From positions 1 to 51,085 of the forward strand of contig JAPDLT010000004.1 of the NCBI GenBank assembly GCA_025920435.1: a stretch of 51,085 nucleotides of DNA. The letters are read 5' to 3'. Of the stretch, positions 9,602 to 17,735 are shown one piece after another; position 1 is the first letter of the stretch; the number at the start of each line of letters is the position of its first letter. This DNA is from Candidatus Rehaiarchaeum fermentans. GTDB lineage: Archaea; Nanobdellota; Nanobdellia; Parvarchaeales; Parvarchaeaceae. The position numbers and the translations under genes were made by a program. The notes below the pieces were generated by a model that had not been told where the DNA came from, made no database searches, and saw only the letters and a list, made by a program, of their open reading frames with translations.

Positions 9602-10402
9602 CTAATTCAAAATATCCGGATTTTTTGCAATAAGCCATGCCCCCACGATTCCGTTTTCTTTTATTTTTGCATCCACAAACTTTGGAAATCTATTAACAGT
9701 ATAATTTTTAGAAAGAATTATTGCTTTTTTGAAAAAACCTTTATTATTTAAGTAAACGCTTCCTCCCAATATAACTAACTCTGGATCATATAAATTTATC
9801 AAATTAGCAAATAAACTTGCGTATATGTTTAAAAGATCATATTTTTTAACAATATTTTCATTTTTCAATAATTTTTCAATTTTTAAACCTTCTCGTTCTG
9901 CAATCTCTTCTAATTTTTTACCGCCTACATAAGCTTCTACATGATTTTCTTTCCCACATGTACATTTTTCATTTCCATCGAAATTAATTACTGAATGTCC
10001 TATTTCTCCAAAATTACCGTCTTTCCCAAACATAATTTTACCGTTAATCTTTGCAGAGCAACCTATACCAGTACTTATAGTCAAATAAACGATATTTTGC
10101 TCTTTTCTCTTATAAGATTCGGCAATAAGACTAGATGTAGTGTCTCTAACGAGTATTAAGTTATTAATTTTAAGTGAAAAGTTTTTAACCTTATTATTAG
10201 GACCAAAAAGTATTTTATTATTTATTCTATCTATTTGACCTGCAAACGAAATAACAACTCTATCTTCATTGCCTTTTATTCTATTTTTTATTTGAGAAAT
10301 AACATCATTAACATTTTCTTTAATTATTTTACCGATCTTTCTTGAATCTGAATATGAATATCTAATATATGTTCCTCCTACATCAAATAGTGAAAATTTC
10401 AT
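9602..10402 (-). CDS. ROK-family sugar kinase (glucokinase-like)
   Basis: DVGGTYIR, TISTGIG, GEIGH, CTCGKENHVEAY, DPELVILGGSV. Confidence 0.88.
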   Translation of the reverse strand: MKFSLFDVGGTYIRYSYSDSRKIGKIIKENVNDVISQIKNRIKGNEDRVVISFAGQIDRINNKILFGPNNKVKNFSLKINNLILVRDTTSSLIAESYKRKEQNIVYLTISTGIGCSAKINGKIMFGKDGNFGEIGHSVINFDGNEKCTCGKENHVEAYVGGKKLEEIAEREGLKIEKLLKNENIVKKYDLLNIYASLFANLINLYDPELVILGGSVYLNNKGFFKKAIILSKNYTVNRFPKFVDAKIKENGIVGAWLIAKNPDILN

Positions 10403-10569
10403 AATTTTTCTATTAAATAAACTTTAGCCTTTGATGTTTTAGCAATATCAGGATGCTCTTTATTAAAATATTCAACTAGTTTGTCTAAATATATTTCATC
10501 CATTTCTATTGTTTCTGAAATTAATTTATTTCCTGGTTGTAATTCAAAAGTTACTTTGTATTTTGTCAT
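10399..10569 (-). CDS. Small hypothetical protein (56 aa)
   Basis: Below the track cutoff: MTKYKVTFELQPGNKLISETIEMDEIYLDKLVEYFNKEHPDIAKTSKAKVYLIEKL. Its stop overlaps the ROK start (ATGA). Confidence 0.7.
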   Translation of the reverse strand: MTKYKVTFELQPGNKLISETIEMDEIYLDKLVEYFNKEHPDIAKTSKAKVYLIEKL

Positions 10570-10654
10570 AATTATTTAATCAATTCATTAAAAAATGCTA
10601 AACGAACTTATAATAAAATTAATAAGTGTTAATTTGAAGAACTAAACATAAACA

Positions 10655-10738
10655 GCAGAGGTAGCGAAGTGGACAAACGCACCAGGTTCAGGACCTGGTC
10701 CCATTAGGGGTTCGAGGGTTCGAATCCCTCCCTCTGCA
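10655..10738 (+). tRNA. tRNA-Leu(CAG)
   Basis: Acceptor stem GCAGAGG/CCTCTGC, anticodon arm CCAGG-TTCAGGA-CCTGG, long variable arm, GGTTCGAATCC T-arm; no intron, CCA not encoded. Confidence 0.95.
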
Positions 10739-10765
10739 ATCGCAAGATTTTATTAGTAAAAGCCC

Positions 10766-11845
10766 TTAATAGTTTTTTAAACTCTCTTCTGTTAACTTTT
10801 TTAAATTACTAAAACCAACTCCTATTCTTCTTATCTTTTTATTATCAAGTTTATTTACCAATTGTTTAGCAACTTCAAATAATTTCTTGTAGTCATTAGT
10901 ATAAAAATTTAAAGATAAGGAAACACTTTGATTATCAAAATCTTCATATACTGCTCTAACTGTAACAGTTTTACTAACTAAATTATTTGTTTGTAACTCG
11001 GAAGATAACTCGTAAACCATGGAAAAAACAATTTCTAGAATTTCTTCTTTATCAAGGTCTTTTTCTAAAGTGTTTATAGTGCTAATGCTTTTAGGTATTT
11101 CTTCTTTATTGTATTTATAAGGATCCTCTCCTTTTGCAAGTAAAAATAAGTATGAAGAGGCTTTATCCCCTAATTTAGATCTCAATAAAGAAGGATCTAT
11201 ACTGAATAAATCCTTTACCTTATAAACTCCTAAAGAATTAAGTATTTTTGTAGTTTTTTCTCCCACTCCATACAATTTTGATACTTCTACATCTTTAAGA
11301 AATTCTTGAGCTTCACTCCTTCTTATCACAAATATTCCATTTGGTTTGGCAAATTCACAAGCTAGCTTTGCCATTACTCTATTATAACTTATTCCAATAC
11401 TGCACGGAAGATCGAACTTTTCCTTAATATTTTGCTTTATAGATTCAGCAAGTTCATAAGCCTTTTCATAATTTCCTTTAATTAAAATAAATCCTTCATC
11501 TACGCTAACCTGTTCTAATTCTCCAAATCCTTTTAAGAAGGAAAATATTTCATTTGAAGTCTTAAGATAATAGTCCATGTCCGCATTTATAAAAATAACT
11601 CCTGGAACAGACCTTGCTTTAGATAATGACATTCCGCTTTTAATCCCCATTTTTCTAGCTTCGTAGTTAGAAGTAAGTATTGCACCTCTTTCTCCTACTG
11701 CATGAAAAACAGCAACTGGTTTGCCTTCCAATGATTTGTTTCTTCTAATTTCGCAAGCAACATAAAAATAATCCATATCTACTAAAAGGAAAAGATTGTA
11801 ATTTTCTTTAACATTATAATCTGCTCCACTTACAAATTCATTCAT
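10766..11845 (-). CDS. dinB: Y-family DNA polymerase IV (Dbh/Dpo4)
   Basis: VDMDYFYVACE, SNYEARKMGIKSGM, SVDEGF, SIGISYNRVMAKLA, GVGEKT, IRRIGV. Confidence 0.93.
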   Translation of the reverse strand: MNEFVSGADYNVKENYNLFLLVDMDYFYVACEIRRNKSLEGKPVAVFHAVGERGAILTSNYEARKMGIKSGMSLSKARSVPGVIFINADMDYYLKTSNEIFSFLKGFGELEQVSVDEGFILIKGNYEKAYELAESIKQNIKEKFDLPCSIGISYNRVMAKLACEFAKPNGIFVIRRSEAQEFLKDVEVSKLYGVGEKTTKILNSLGVYKVKDLFSIDPSLLRSKLGDKASSYLFLLAKGEDPYKYNKEEIPKSISTINTLEKDLDKEEILEIVFSMVYELSSELQTNNLVSKTVTVRAVYEDFDNQSVSLSLNFYTNDYKKLFEVAKQLVNKLDNKKIRRIGVGFSNLKKLTEESLKNY

Positions 11846-12524
11846 GGAATAAATAATCGTTTAGATCCTCTGCATTCACAATAGGTTTATTTAATTTTTC
11901 TTTATCATCAATTGCTATCCTTTGACATGCAGTGTTTATAATAGCATCTCCCTCTAACTCATTAAGATAGTTGAAATTTATTTCATCAAATATAACATCA
12001 TAATATTCTTTTCCGTTTTTAGTTAGCCATTCTTTTATTTTTCCAACTGGAGCAGTTTGACCTGCTTTTATTGTTTGAACAATCAATATAAGTTTTCCTT
12101 TAATAACAGCATCAATTGCTAGCATATTTTTGATTTGCATTTTACGTGCGATTTCTTCATTGTAAAATGTTATTTCAAAGGATTCTGGATCAATATTTAT
12201 AACTGGTTTACCGTATTTTTCTAATATACCATAAACATGAAAATGCCCTTGAGTTAAACTTAATGTAATATCACAATCATTACAATCTGCAGCATATACA
12301 TCACATCCCAATATTTGCCCTGGATAAAAAGCTCTGTATTTAGAACTTTTTATGATGAATTCTTTATCTTTAATCTCATTGACTATTTGTGCAAGATTAT
12401 TTAGATATTGAACAGATGCAACAATATTTATTCTTTTATAGTTTTTCAGTAAATCTTTTATTTTTTCTATTTGTTCAGGAGTAAATAGTTTTTTATATCT
12501 ACTTTCTACGTACATTATTTCCAT
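11838..12524 (-). CDS. dph2: Diphthamide biosynthesis Dph2-family protein (short form)
   Basis: GQILGCD, TIKAGQ and NTACQRIAIDD...KPIVN motifs; only 228 aa. Confidence 0.8.
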   Translation of the reverse strand: MEIMYVESRYKKLFTPEQIEKIKDLLKNYKRINIVASVQYLNNLAQIVNEIKDKEFIIKSSKYRAFYPGQILGCDVYAADCNDCDITLSLTQGHFHVYGILEKYGKPVINIDPESFEITFYNEEIARKMQIKNMLAIDAVIKGKLILIVQTIKAGQTAPVGKIKEWLTKNGKEYYDVIFDEINFNYLNELEGDAIINTACQRIAIDDKEKLNKPIVNAEDLNDYLFHE

Positions 12525-12558
12525 TTCCTTTATTTTGGATAAGATAATATAAATAATT

Positions 12559-13605
12559 ATGCAAACAGGAATAGTAAATTTGCCTTTACATGATGGAAAA
12601 GCTCCAAAATGGCTTTATAAAAGAATGGTTTCATTACTAATTCCTTTTTCTAAGTTACTTTATGAAGAAGTAGGTGAAGAAGGATTTTTAAATAAGTTAG
12701 CTGACCCCTTTTGGTTTCAATCTTTAGGATGCTTAGTTGGTTATGATTGGCATTCTTCTGGATTAACAACAGTTTTAACTTCAGCATTAAAAGATGCACT
12801 TGCAAAAACAGATGTTCCTATAAAGATTGCTGGAGGAAAGGGAAAAACTGCAATAAACACGCCTAACGAAATAAATCAAGTTAAATGGGATGTGGACAAA
12901 GAAAAATTGATTTACGTAAGTAGAATGATTGCAAAGGTAGATACTGCTCTTGTTCAAACAAATTATCAACTTTATCACCATACTATTGCATTTTCAAAAG
13001 ACGGAAAATGGGCAATAATTCAACAAGGAATGAACACCCAAAACAAATATGCGAGAAGGACTCATTTTATATATTCTAAAAATTTAACGCTTGAACCATA
13101 TGCAGGTTTAGAAGGCATTCCAGAAGAAAATGTATTAAATATGACTAGCAAAGACAGTCTTAATGCACAAAAGATTTTTGTTGAAATTTTTAACAATAAG
13201 AATCAATTAAAACATGATATAGCTCAATTAAGCTTTCCTAGACACCATTTAATTACTATAAATGACATAAAAAATGAAAGTTTAAGAGAATTATTAGAAA
13301 TAAATGAAACTGTTTCTAACTTTGAAGAACTTGCAGCTTTAAGAGGAATAGGAAGAAAAGCAATAAGAGCACTCGCATTGATTTCAGAGCTTATTTATGG
13401 CGAAAGACCTAGCTACGAAGATCCAGTAAAGTTTTCTTTTGCTCATGGAGGAAAAGATGGAACTCCTTATAAAATAAATAAAAAAGATTATGATGAAGAC
13501 ATTTCTCTTCTTAACAAAATAGCTGATAAGTCATTAGGAGAAGAAAAAATAAGGGCGTTTAGAAGATTATCTTATTTTCTTAGTCATGTAAAAACTATTG
13601 AATAA
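12559..13605 (+). CDS. DUF763-family protein
   Basis: LPLHDGKAPKWL, DPFWFQSLG, DWHSSGLTT, YQLYHH, QQGMN, GIGRKAIRAL, FSFAHGGKDGTPY. Confidence 0.88.
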   Translation: MQTGIVNLPLHDGKAPKWLYKRMVSLLIPFSKLLYEEVGEEGFLNKLADPFWFQSLGCLVGYDWHSSGLTTVLTSALKDALAKTDVPIKIAGGKGKTAINTPNEINQVKWDVDKEKLIYVSRMIAKVDTALVQTNYQLYHHTIAFSKDGKWAIIQQGMNTQNKYARRTHFIYSKNLTLEPYAGLEGIPEENVLNMTSKDSLNAQKIFVEIFNNKNQLKHDIAQLSFPRHHLITINDIKNESLRELLEINETVSNFEELAALRGIGRKAIRALALISELIYGERPSYEDPVKFSFAHGGKDGTPYKINKKDYDEDISLLNKIADKSLGEEKIRAFRRLSYFLSHVKTIE

Positions 13606-13607
13606 AA

Positions 13608-14228
13608 TTATACTAACAATAGATTAAATGTACTCCTTTTACCAATTGCTAAAGGATAGCTTACATTTATGTTTCTTCTACTTAACTCAAACAAAAAATT
13701 GCTATAAAGATTTAGAAATTGAGATAAATTAGAAAATAAAAATAAAACTCCATATTCATTTTCTTTTAGATCCCCGCTCCTAGTTATATAATATTTAAAG
13801 TATGAATTTAGTTCGTGTAAAAATTTACTTTTCAAAGAGTTTTCTATTTCTATTTCTAATCTATTGGAGGAAAGGTAATCTTGTACTTTAAATGCTGAAA
13901 AAGCCCCATAAGAAGGAACATTTTCTTCTTTAGAAAAATTAGTTATTCCAAAGAAAGTGTGAGAAAGCAAGAAATAACCTTCTAACATTTTATCTATCTT
14001 AAATTTAAGATAAATTGGTGCATCATCCTGAGAAGACAATAATAAAATACCTATATCTTCCTTATTACTTAAAAGCAAGAATTTATCGACTAATCCTATG
14101 TTTTTAGAAGATCTCATATTTTCTAATTCTTTATCTAAAGAAGCTAACAAAGCTTCTCTTTGCTCTACACTTAACTTCCACCATTCGTGCGAAATTTTAT
14201 AGAAATATAGGCTTAGTGTACCTTCCAT
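13608..14228 (-). CDS. Degenerate chlorite dismutase/coproheme decarboxylase-fold protein
   Basis: FYKISHEWWKLSVEQREA and SGDLKENEYGVLF resemble the two Cld repeats. Confidence 0.45.
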   Translation of the reverse strand: MEGTLSLYFYKISHEWWKLSVEQREALLASLDKELENMRSSKNIGLVDKFLLLSNKEDIGILLLSSQDDAPIYLKFKIDKMLEGYFLLSHTFFGITNFSKEENVPSYGAFSAFKVQDYLSSNRLEIEIENSLKSKFLHELNSYFKYYITRSGDLKENEYGVLFLFSNLSQFLNLYSNFLFELSRRNINVSYPLAIGKRSTFNLLLV

Positions 14229-14288
14229 AAATTTATAGATAACTTAAATAAAAAGAAAGTTTTAAGCATAGGAAAAGTTTATACTAAT

Positions 14289-14669
14289 ATGTTGGTGAAG
14301 GCAAAATCGGTAAGAGCAATATTAAATCAACTGTCTTTAACTGGGTATTTTGTTATAAAGACTGGAAACGGAAAATTCGTTACAGAAACAATACCCTATG
14401 ATCTAGTAAAGGCAATAATAATGGGTAAGTCTGAAAAAAATGGAAACATATTTACTTTATTACCCTACTTTTCTGAAGAATTGAAAAAAATGAGTAAAAA
14501 GGTAAGCAAAATTATTATTAAAAAAGCAGATAAGAGTTGTGTAGGAAATATAATTATAAAAACAGGAAAAAATGAAAGGAAAGCAACTATAAATGCTTCC
14601 CATGCAATCTATATTTCACTACTTTTACACAAGGAAATATATTTAGATAGTTCTTTATTGCATGAATAA
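14289..14669 (+). CDS. DUF151 (bifunctional nuclease)-like protein, degenerate
   Basis: C-terminal INASHAIYISLLLHKEIYLDSSLL parallels the DUF151 IDARPSDAIALAL..PIYV..L pattern. Confidence 0.45.
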   Translation: MLVKAKSVRAILNQLSLTGYFVIKTGNGKFVTETIPYDLVKAIIMGKSEKNGNIFTLLPYFSEELKKMSKKVSKIIIKKADKSCVGNIIIKTGKNERKATINASHAIYISLLLHKEIYLDSSLLHE

Positions 14670-15072
14670 AAAAATCCAAGCAATCATTTGTTTAAAAAAT
14701 TCTAATCTTTTTCTATTACTAAAAAGAAGAAAAGACGGAAAGTGGTCAAATTTAACGGGAAATGTAAAAACTAATGAAACTATAAAGCATGCTTTGTATA
14801 GAGAAATAAAAGAAGAAACTCAAATAAGCAAAAAAGATATAATTTCGATATTTCCTCTTTTTTGTTTTAAGTATAAAAAGAAGAATGAAACCTTTGAAGA
14901 AACAGTTTTTCTAGTTAGAGTAAAAACTACTAGAATAGATATATCAAAAAATCCTGACAAAGAACACTTAGGTTTTGCTTGGTTAGAAACTAAAGATGCA
15001 ATAAAATTACTAAATCATAAACAAATGAAATTAGGAATAGAAATTTCTTCTCTAATTAATAAAAAACAATAA
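14662..15072 (+). CDS. Nudix hydrolase
   Basis: Nudix box GNVKTNETIKHALYREIKEETQI; EHLGFAW. Confidence 0.88.
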   Translation: MNKKIQAIICLKNSNLFLLLKRRKDGKWSNLTGNVKTNETIKHALYREIKEETQISKKDIISIFPLFCFKYKKKNETFEETVFLVRVKTTRIDISKNPDKEHLGFAWLETKDAIKLLNHKQMKLGIEISSLINKKQ

Positions 15073-15074
15073 AA
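15061..15074 (-). terminator. U-tract terminator of pre-16S transcript
   Basis: TTTTATTGTTTTTT on the minus strand directly after the processing stem. Confidence 0.5.
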
Positions 15075-15097
15075 GGCAAAAATTGTGCCTTAATTCC
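15073..15097 (-). repeat. 3' arm of pre-16S processing stem
   Basis: Inverted repeat of 16597-16621 (24/25 match). Confidence 0.85.
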
Positions 15098-15114
15098 TTC
15101 CTCTTTTCATAATT

Positions 15115-16601
15115 AAGAGGTGATCCAGCCGCACGTTCCCGTACGGCTACCTTGTGGCGACTTCGCCCTTCTCATCGAGATTTGATTCGATGCTTTGAGC
15201 ACCTCATCAAATCCCGACTTGACTGGCGTGACGGGCAGTGTGTGCAGGGGGCAGGGAAGTATTCACCGCGAATCGCTATTTCGCGGTTACTACGGATTCC
15301 GCATTCATGAGGCCGAGTTGCAGGCCTCAATCCTAACCAGGCTAGCGATTAGAGGATTGGCTTCTCCTTTCGGAGTTGCATCCCATTGCCGCTAGCAATG
15401 CGATACGCGTGTAGCCCAGGGCATTCGGGCCATACTGACCTGCCGTCGCCCTCACCTTCCTCCCCCTTTCGAGGGCAGTCTCTCTATTTTGCTCGCTCCC
15501 ACGAGGGCGTTAGCAAATAGAGATGAGGGTCTTGCTAGTTACCCGACTTAACGGGACGTTTCACAATACTAGCTGACGACGGCCATGCAGCACCTCTCAG
15601 CGCGTTAGCTAAGATCTTTAGTCTGAGCTTCATCCTGCTGTCGGCCCTGGTAAGGTTCCCGGAGTTGACTCCAATTGAACCGCATATCTCACCCGTTTTT
15701 GTGCCCCCCCGCCAATTTCTTTAAGTTTCGGCCTTGCGGCTGTACTCCCCAGGTGGCTCACTTAACGCCTTCGCTTAAGCACTGCAATTCCACGAGGGAA
15801 TTGCAACACTTAGTGAGCAGCGTTTACTGCTGGGGCTACCCGGGTATCTAATCCGGTTCGTTCTCCCAGCCTTCGTCCCTCACTGTCGGGTTCGTTCTAG
15901 GGAAGCGCCTTCGCCACTGCCGGTCTTCCATGGCTCGGTAGATTTGGCTCTTACCCATGGAGTACCCTTCCCTCCTCCCGACCCCTAGCTAAAGAATATA
16001 CGCACCAGCTGCTTGGTTGAGCCAAGCAATTTAAGTGCGTATGTCTTTAGCCAGCTACGGACGCTTTAGACCCAGTAAATGTGATGACCACTCGGGCTAC
16101 GGGTATTACCGCGGGTGCTGGCACCCGTTTACCCAGCCCTTATTCTCCATGCTATTTCATCGCATGGCAAAAGTAGCATTTCTAAAGAGAAATGCTACAC
16201 GAGGAGTTGCCCTGTCACGCTTACGCGCATTGCAGAGAATTCGGGACTGCTGCACGCCGAAGCGCTGGCGCCCTTGTCTCAGTGCGCCTCTGGGGGATAT
16301 AGCGCCAACTACCCCTACCCGTCTTAGGCTTGGTGGGCCGTTACCCCGCCAACTACCTGATGGGGCACAGACCAATCCTGTGGCGAACATAACGGCAACA
16401 GTTATGCTCTTTCGCAGTTAAATCATTCCAGAAATAACTGCTATCTTGGTTTACCCTCAGTTTCCCGAGGATATCCAAGACCACAGGGTATGTTATCTGT
16501 GTTTTACCTCAGCCGTCCGCCATCTGCCTTGCCGGCAGATAAAACTTGCATGTCTCAGCCCAACTCCTCTAGTGGTCATCTCCAGCAGAATCAACTGGAA
16601 T
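15115..16601 (-). rRNA. rrs: 16S rRNA, stand-alone, intron-free
   Basis: GC-rich block. Minus strand runs from ATTCCAGTTGATTCTGCTGGA to GGCTGGATCACCTCTT with recognisable 530, 790, 915, 1400 and h45 regions; ends approximate. Confidence 0.97.
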
Positions 16602-16621
16602 TAGGGCACAATTTTTGCCTT
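16597..16621 (-). repeat. 5' arm of pre-16S processing stem
   Basis: Inverted repeat of 15073-15097 (24/25 match); includes the first nucleotides of the predicted mature 16S. Confidence 0.85.
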
Positions 16622-16752
16622 CATGCATACTTTGTATGCACTCATTTCTCTCATAGCAAAGCTAAAAGCTTTGCTTTTAAACTGCAATTGGAGAGCTTTC
16701 TTCATTGCTGCAATTTATATTGCTAAGCTCAGATGCACTCCGCTATTGCAGA
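16622..16752 (-). ncRNA. Structured 5' external transcribed spacer of pre-16S with kink-turn
   Basis: Hairpins at 16624-16640 (7 bp), 16655-16675 (9 bp) and 16682-16751 (long stem containing a k-turn). Confidence 0.65.
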
Positions 16753-16774
16753 TTTTATAAATTAGAATAACTAA

Positions 16775-16787
16775 TATAAAAACTTTT
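16775..16787 (-). promoter_or_regulatory. BRE-TATA promoter of 16S gene
   Basis: AAAAG-TTTTTATA; predicted TSS near 16752 coincides with the 5' base of the first leader hairpin. Confidence 0.65.
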
Positions 16788-16793
16788 AATATT

Positions 16794-17387
16794 CTATTTT
16801 AAAAGAATTTCAATTACATTTTCTATACTATAATTTTTGGCTTCGTAGAGTGATTTTAGCTCTTTAAATATTCCGTAATCTAAATTAAGTTTATTTAAGT
16901 TTCTAGGATCGAAGAGTGAAAGAAATAAAGCTACAAACTGAGAACTTCTTGAATCGCATAATAAATCAAAATTAAGAGTTTTATCTTTATAATAAAGTTG
17001 TAGATAAGTTATACCCCTGTTCTTTCCTTCGATATAAACTTCAAAATAATTTATTTTTCCACTTTTAAGATCTATGAGATTATTATTAGTAAAGTCTCTT
17101 ACTTTTAACCTATTTATATAAGAAATACTCAAAAGAGACAATATTTCCTTTATCTTATTGGCAACATTATTTACATATTTATTTATTTCTTCGTAATCGT
17201 CTACTGAATATAAACGTAAATAACTGACATCTACGTTGATATAGTAACGATCATTAGTCTTATAAACTGTATAAAACGACGAACAATTATTATTTATAAA
17301 ACATTCTTCATCGTTGTCATTTAATTTTGACAAATCTATTATTCCTTCCAATTTCTTCTCTTCGCTCACATATTTAGAAGAAAACAA
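16794..17387 (-). pseudogene. Hypothetical protein, probably 5'-disrupted
   Basis: 197-codon frame with only a TTG start just after an in-frame TAA. An adjacent frame upstream reads KKEDLFTYSLKDDLKASISFYTLGENKNWYINITLNYS, suggesting a frameshift. Confidence 0.45.
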
Positions 17388-17735
17388 GAATAATTTAAAG
17401 TTATATTAATATACCAGTTCTTATTTTCTCCAAGTGTGTAAAAAGAAATTGATGCTTTAAGGTCATCTTTAAGTGAATAAGTAAATAAATCTTCTTTCTT
17501 AAAGGCTTTAATAAATAAAAGGTTAATTTAGTCTTGAGAAAGCCTGAAAAAGAATTAAATGATAAAGATACAAAGCCGAGCGATTATCTTTTAAATATCA
17601 GACAGAAAACACGATTTTTCTTAAAAATAAAAAATTACTGCAACATATATTCATCTCTAGAAAGGAATTATTTACAAATGCAAAAATGTTTAAAGAAAAA
17701 GGTGATTAAATAATAACTTAATTCTTCGCTATTTG

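Noticed and set aside
9930-9970. ROK zinc motif with His replacing the third Cys (CTCGKENHVE)
   Set aside because: This variant is known among archaeal ROK glucokinases.
15195-16726. ORFs 15195..15395, 16035..16421, 16115..16327, 16157..16390 and 16490..16726
   Set aside because: They lie within the GC-rich 16S rRNA or its leader; shadow frames.
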